This document shows positions 62,401 to 64,000 of a stretch of DNA of 64,000 bases, piece by piece; position 1 is the first letter of the stretch; each line of letters starts with the position of its first letter. Origin of the DNA: an uncultured virus (IMG/VR IMGVR_UViG_3300042273_000539) (taxonomy: Duplodnaviria > Heunggongvirae > Uroviricota > Caudoviricetes); the IMG/VR virus record IMGVR_UViG_3300042273_000539; one strand, written 5' to 3'. Below the pieces are notes generated by a model. The model did no database searches, had not been told where the DNA came from, and was given only the letters and a program-made list of their open reading frames with translations. A program made the position numbers and the translations under genes.

Positions 62401-63245
62401 AACAAAGCACCTGGCTCATTATACCACCAAGCCTGTTTAGTCATTCTTTCATACAAATCTTTTGCTCTTACAGTTTTATACACCTTTACTAAAATAAGAT
62501 CTGTGTCGTCAACAGTATATCCTTGGTCTATACAATATTGTAAATCAAAGTTGTTTTTAACCCATTTTGTTTTACAATTTTCTTCGCTTTCAAATTTCAT
62601 AAGAGGGAATACCAAATCCCAGTCTTCATCATTTTCAACTGCTCTCATAAACTCATCAGTAATACCTACTGAAATATTAAATTGAGTAAGTTTATTATTC
62701 TCTCTTCCTTTCTTATATTCAATAAATTCTTCAATATCTGGATGGTCTACATTAAGGATACAAATGTGCGCCCCTCTACGACCACCTCCTGTATGTATAG
62801 CTTTAGCAGAAGTATCAAATACCTCTATAAAACTCATAACGCCAGAACTTTCTCCGCCTTTGCTAATCAATGCGCCTTTAGGACGAAGTTTTGAAGCGTT
62901 AAATCCAACACCTCCACCCATTTGACCGATGATAGCATCTTCGCTTACTGGCCCATAAATGCCAGGCATTGAATCCTCTAAATCAATAGTAAAACAGTTG
63001 TTGTAGTTTTTCATTCTGGAATAAGGTCTAGCATTTGCCAATATTCTTCCCGCTGGGATAAATTTACCAGAAATCATAGCTTGATAGAAATACTCTTGCC
63101 AAATGTTTTTTAAATTATCATCCGGTTCTACAGACGCTATTTCTTCTGCTACTCCTTTTAAGATTTCTTCTACTGTTTTTTCTCCGTGAAGAGCATATTT
63201 TCTAAAAAATATCTCCCTTGAAATATCCTGTTTAAATTCAAACAC
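59493..63245 (-). CDS. nrdJ: Class II (B12-dependent) ribonucleotide reductase; exons 63245-62331 and 62084-59493
   Basis: PAGRIL, NCF, GGGVG, RRGA, NPCG|EI, RRIGLG, TAPTG..SSGIEP, ISKTIN, C-terminal CxxC..CG. Confidence 0.9.
60480..61592 (-). mobile_element. Intein with LAGLIDADG endonuclease (371 aa) in nrdJ
   Basis: APTG|CLVPES...TPNH...LGLYNADGS...GYFYGDGS...VSHN|TTS. Confidence 0.92.
62085..62330 (-). mobile_element. Group I intron (246 nt, no intact ORF) in nrdJ
   Basis: Exon ends in U with P1 partner GCCTCA, terminal G, AACTGCTGGAAA, AATCAGCA, TTCAGAGACTA, AAGATATAGTCC; splicing restores NPCGE. Confidence 0.92.
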
Positions 63246-63808
63246 TTTTTAAACTCCTTGTGTTCTATATATACGGTGTATCATATTTGAAAAAACATAA
63301 AAAAACCCTACATGTAGTAGGGTCTATGTTTCCTACTTATTTATACTGGGGAATTGTTTAAAAAATCCTTTAATGTATAAACAAATAGCTCTCCTTCATC
63401 ATCTTTATATATAATGTCGCCTTTATAGCAATTACTTGTTCCTTCTTTATTGGAAATCATATAGAAGCTTCCATCGTTATCACTATTAAATCTTTGAACT
63501 AAATCATTAAGCAATATAGCTTTCCCGTTAAGTTGTTCCAAAGAAAACCAAAGGGGTGGTGATTCATAACCAAATCTAAAATACTTTTTTTCTTCTTTGT
63601 TTCTCATTATTCTTCCTTATTCTTTATTAAAGTTTGATAAAATATTGTATCTTTAGGAGGTTTCATAGGACGCTCTTTAGGGTCTAGTTGAAGAAATTTT
63701 TCCATTTCTTCTCTTATTTCCTTTTTAGAGAAGAATTTAGCTTTTAAGCCGATAGATTTAGCAAATCGCTTCATTCTATACCTAAATATAAATTTATTAA
63801 TTTTATCC

Positions 63809-64000
63809 TTAATATATTTCTTCATACTCTATGATTTCTAATCCATGCCTTATAGATAAATCTTTCATGCTCGCTGTTCCTCTACCATCAGGGAAAAGGA
63901 TACAAACATTAGCATATTCAGCCATTTGTTTATTTCTTATAGGGCCAGCACTTTTACCATATTTAGCCCAGTTAGCTGGAAATGATTTTATTCTAATGTT
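63809..64000 (-). CDS. Partial SLOG/YspA (DUF2493-like) protein
   Basis: Hand translation FPANWAKYGKSAGPIRNKQMAEYA...FPDGRGTASM; truncated by the window edge. Confidence 0.75.
   Translation of the reverse strand, partial: NIRIKSFPANWAKYGKSAGPIRNKQMAEYANVCILFPDGRGTASMKDLSIRHGLEIIEYEEIY

Noticed and set aside
339..62894. Most plus-strand ORFs in the track
   Set aside because: They are antisense shadows of minus-strand genes or tRNAs, without SD sequences or recognisable motifs
1..64000. Genome-wide TAG reassignment (alternative genetic code)
   Set aside because: Long genes are intact under code 11 and TAG ends several genes at sensible positions; in-frame ambers were seen only in the 25248-26065 operon

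Overview
Low-GC segment of a large myovirus-like (jumbo-type) phage genome, with almost all genes on the minus strand. It contains a tail sheath gene, a class II ribonucleotide reductase interrupted by a group I intron and an intein, and about 38 tRNA genes without encoded CCA (including CUA and UUA stop-anticodon tRNAs). It also carries an RNA-repair/translation toolkit: RtcB, CCA-adding enzyme, two Pth2, a Ro60/TROVE-like DUF2828 protein, and HD and metallophosphoesterases. There are two restriction-modification-like pairs, HNH endonucleases sitting in or against tRNA genes, and an early-type region built from about 26 near-identical sigma70 promoter cassettes. The most striking unexplained signals are: (1) seven ACAGCAA-stem small RNAs, three of which carry a circularly permuted tRNA domain (YrlA/Y-RNA-like), in a genome encoding a Ro-like protein and RtcB; (2) a leader M-K-amber-FRLSLPP-stop overlapping an SD-sequestering hairpin, upstream of an operon whose Pth2 also has an in-frame amber, with a CUA tRNA nearby; (3) five tandem genes sharing the N-terminus MK(I/M)RNGFVSNSSS(S/C)SF beside an atypical radical SAM enzyme; (4) a 69-nt tmRNA-like TLD with no mRNA domain; (5) several ornate or tRNA-framed ncRNAs, and two hammerhead ribozymes at transcript 5' ends. 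All calls were made by eye, with no database searches, and RNA boundaries may be off by a few nt.
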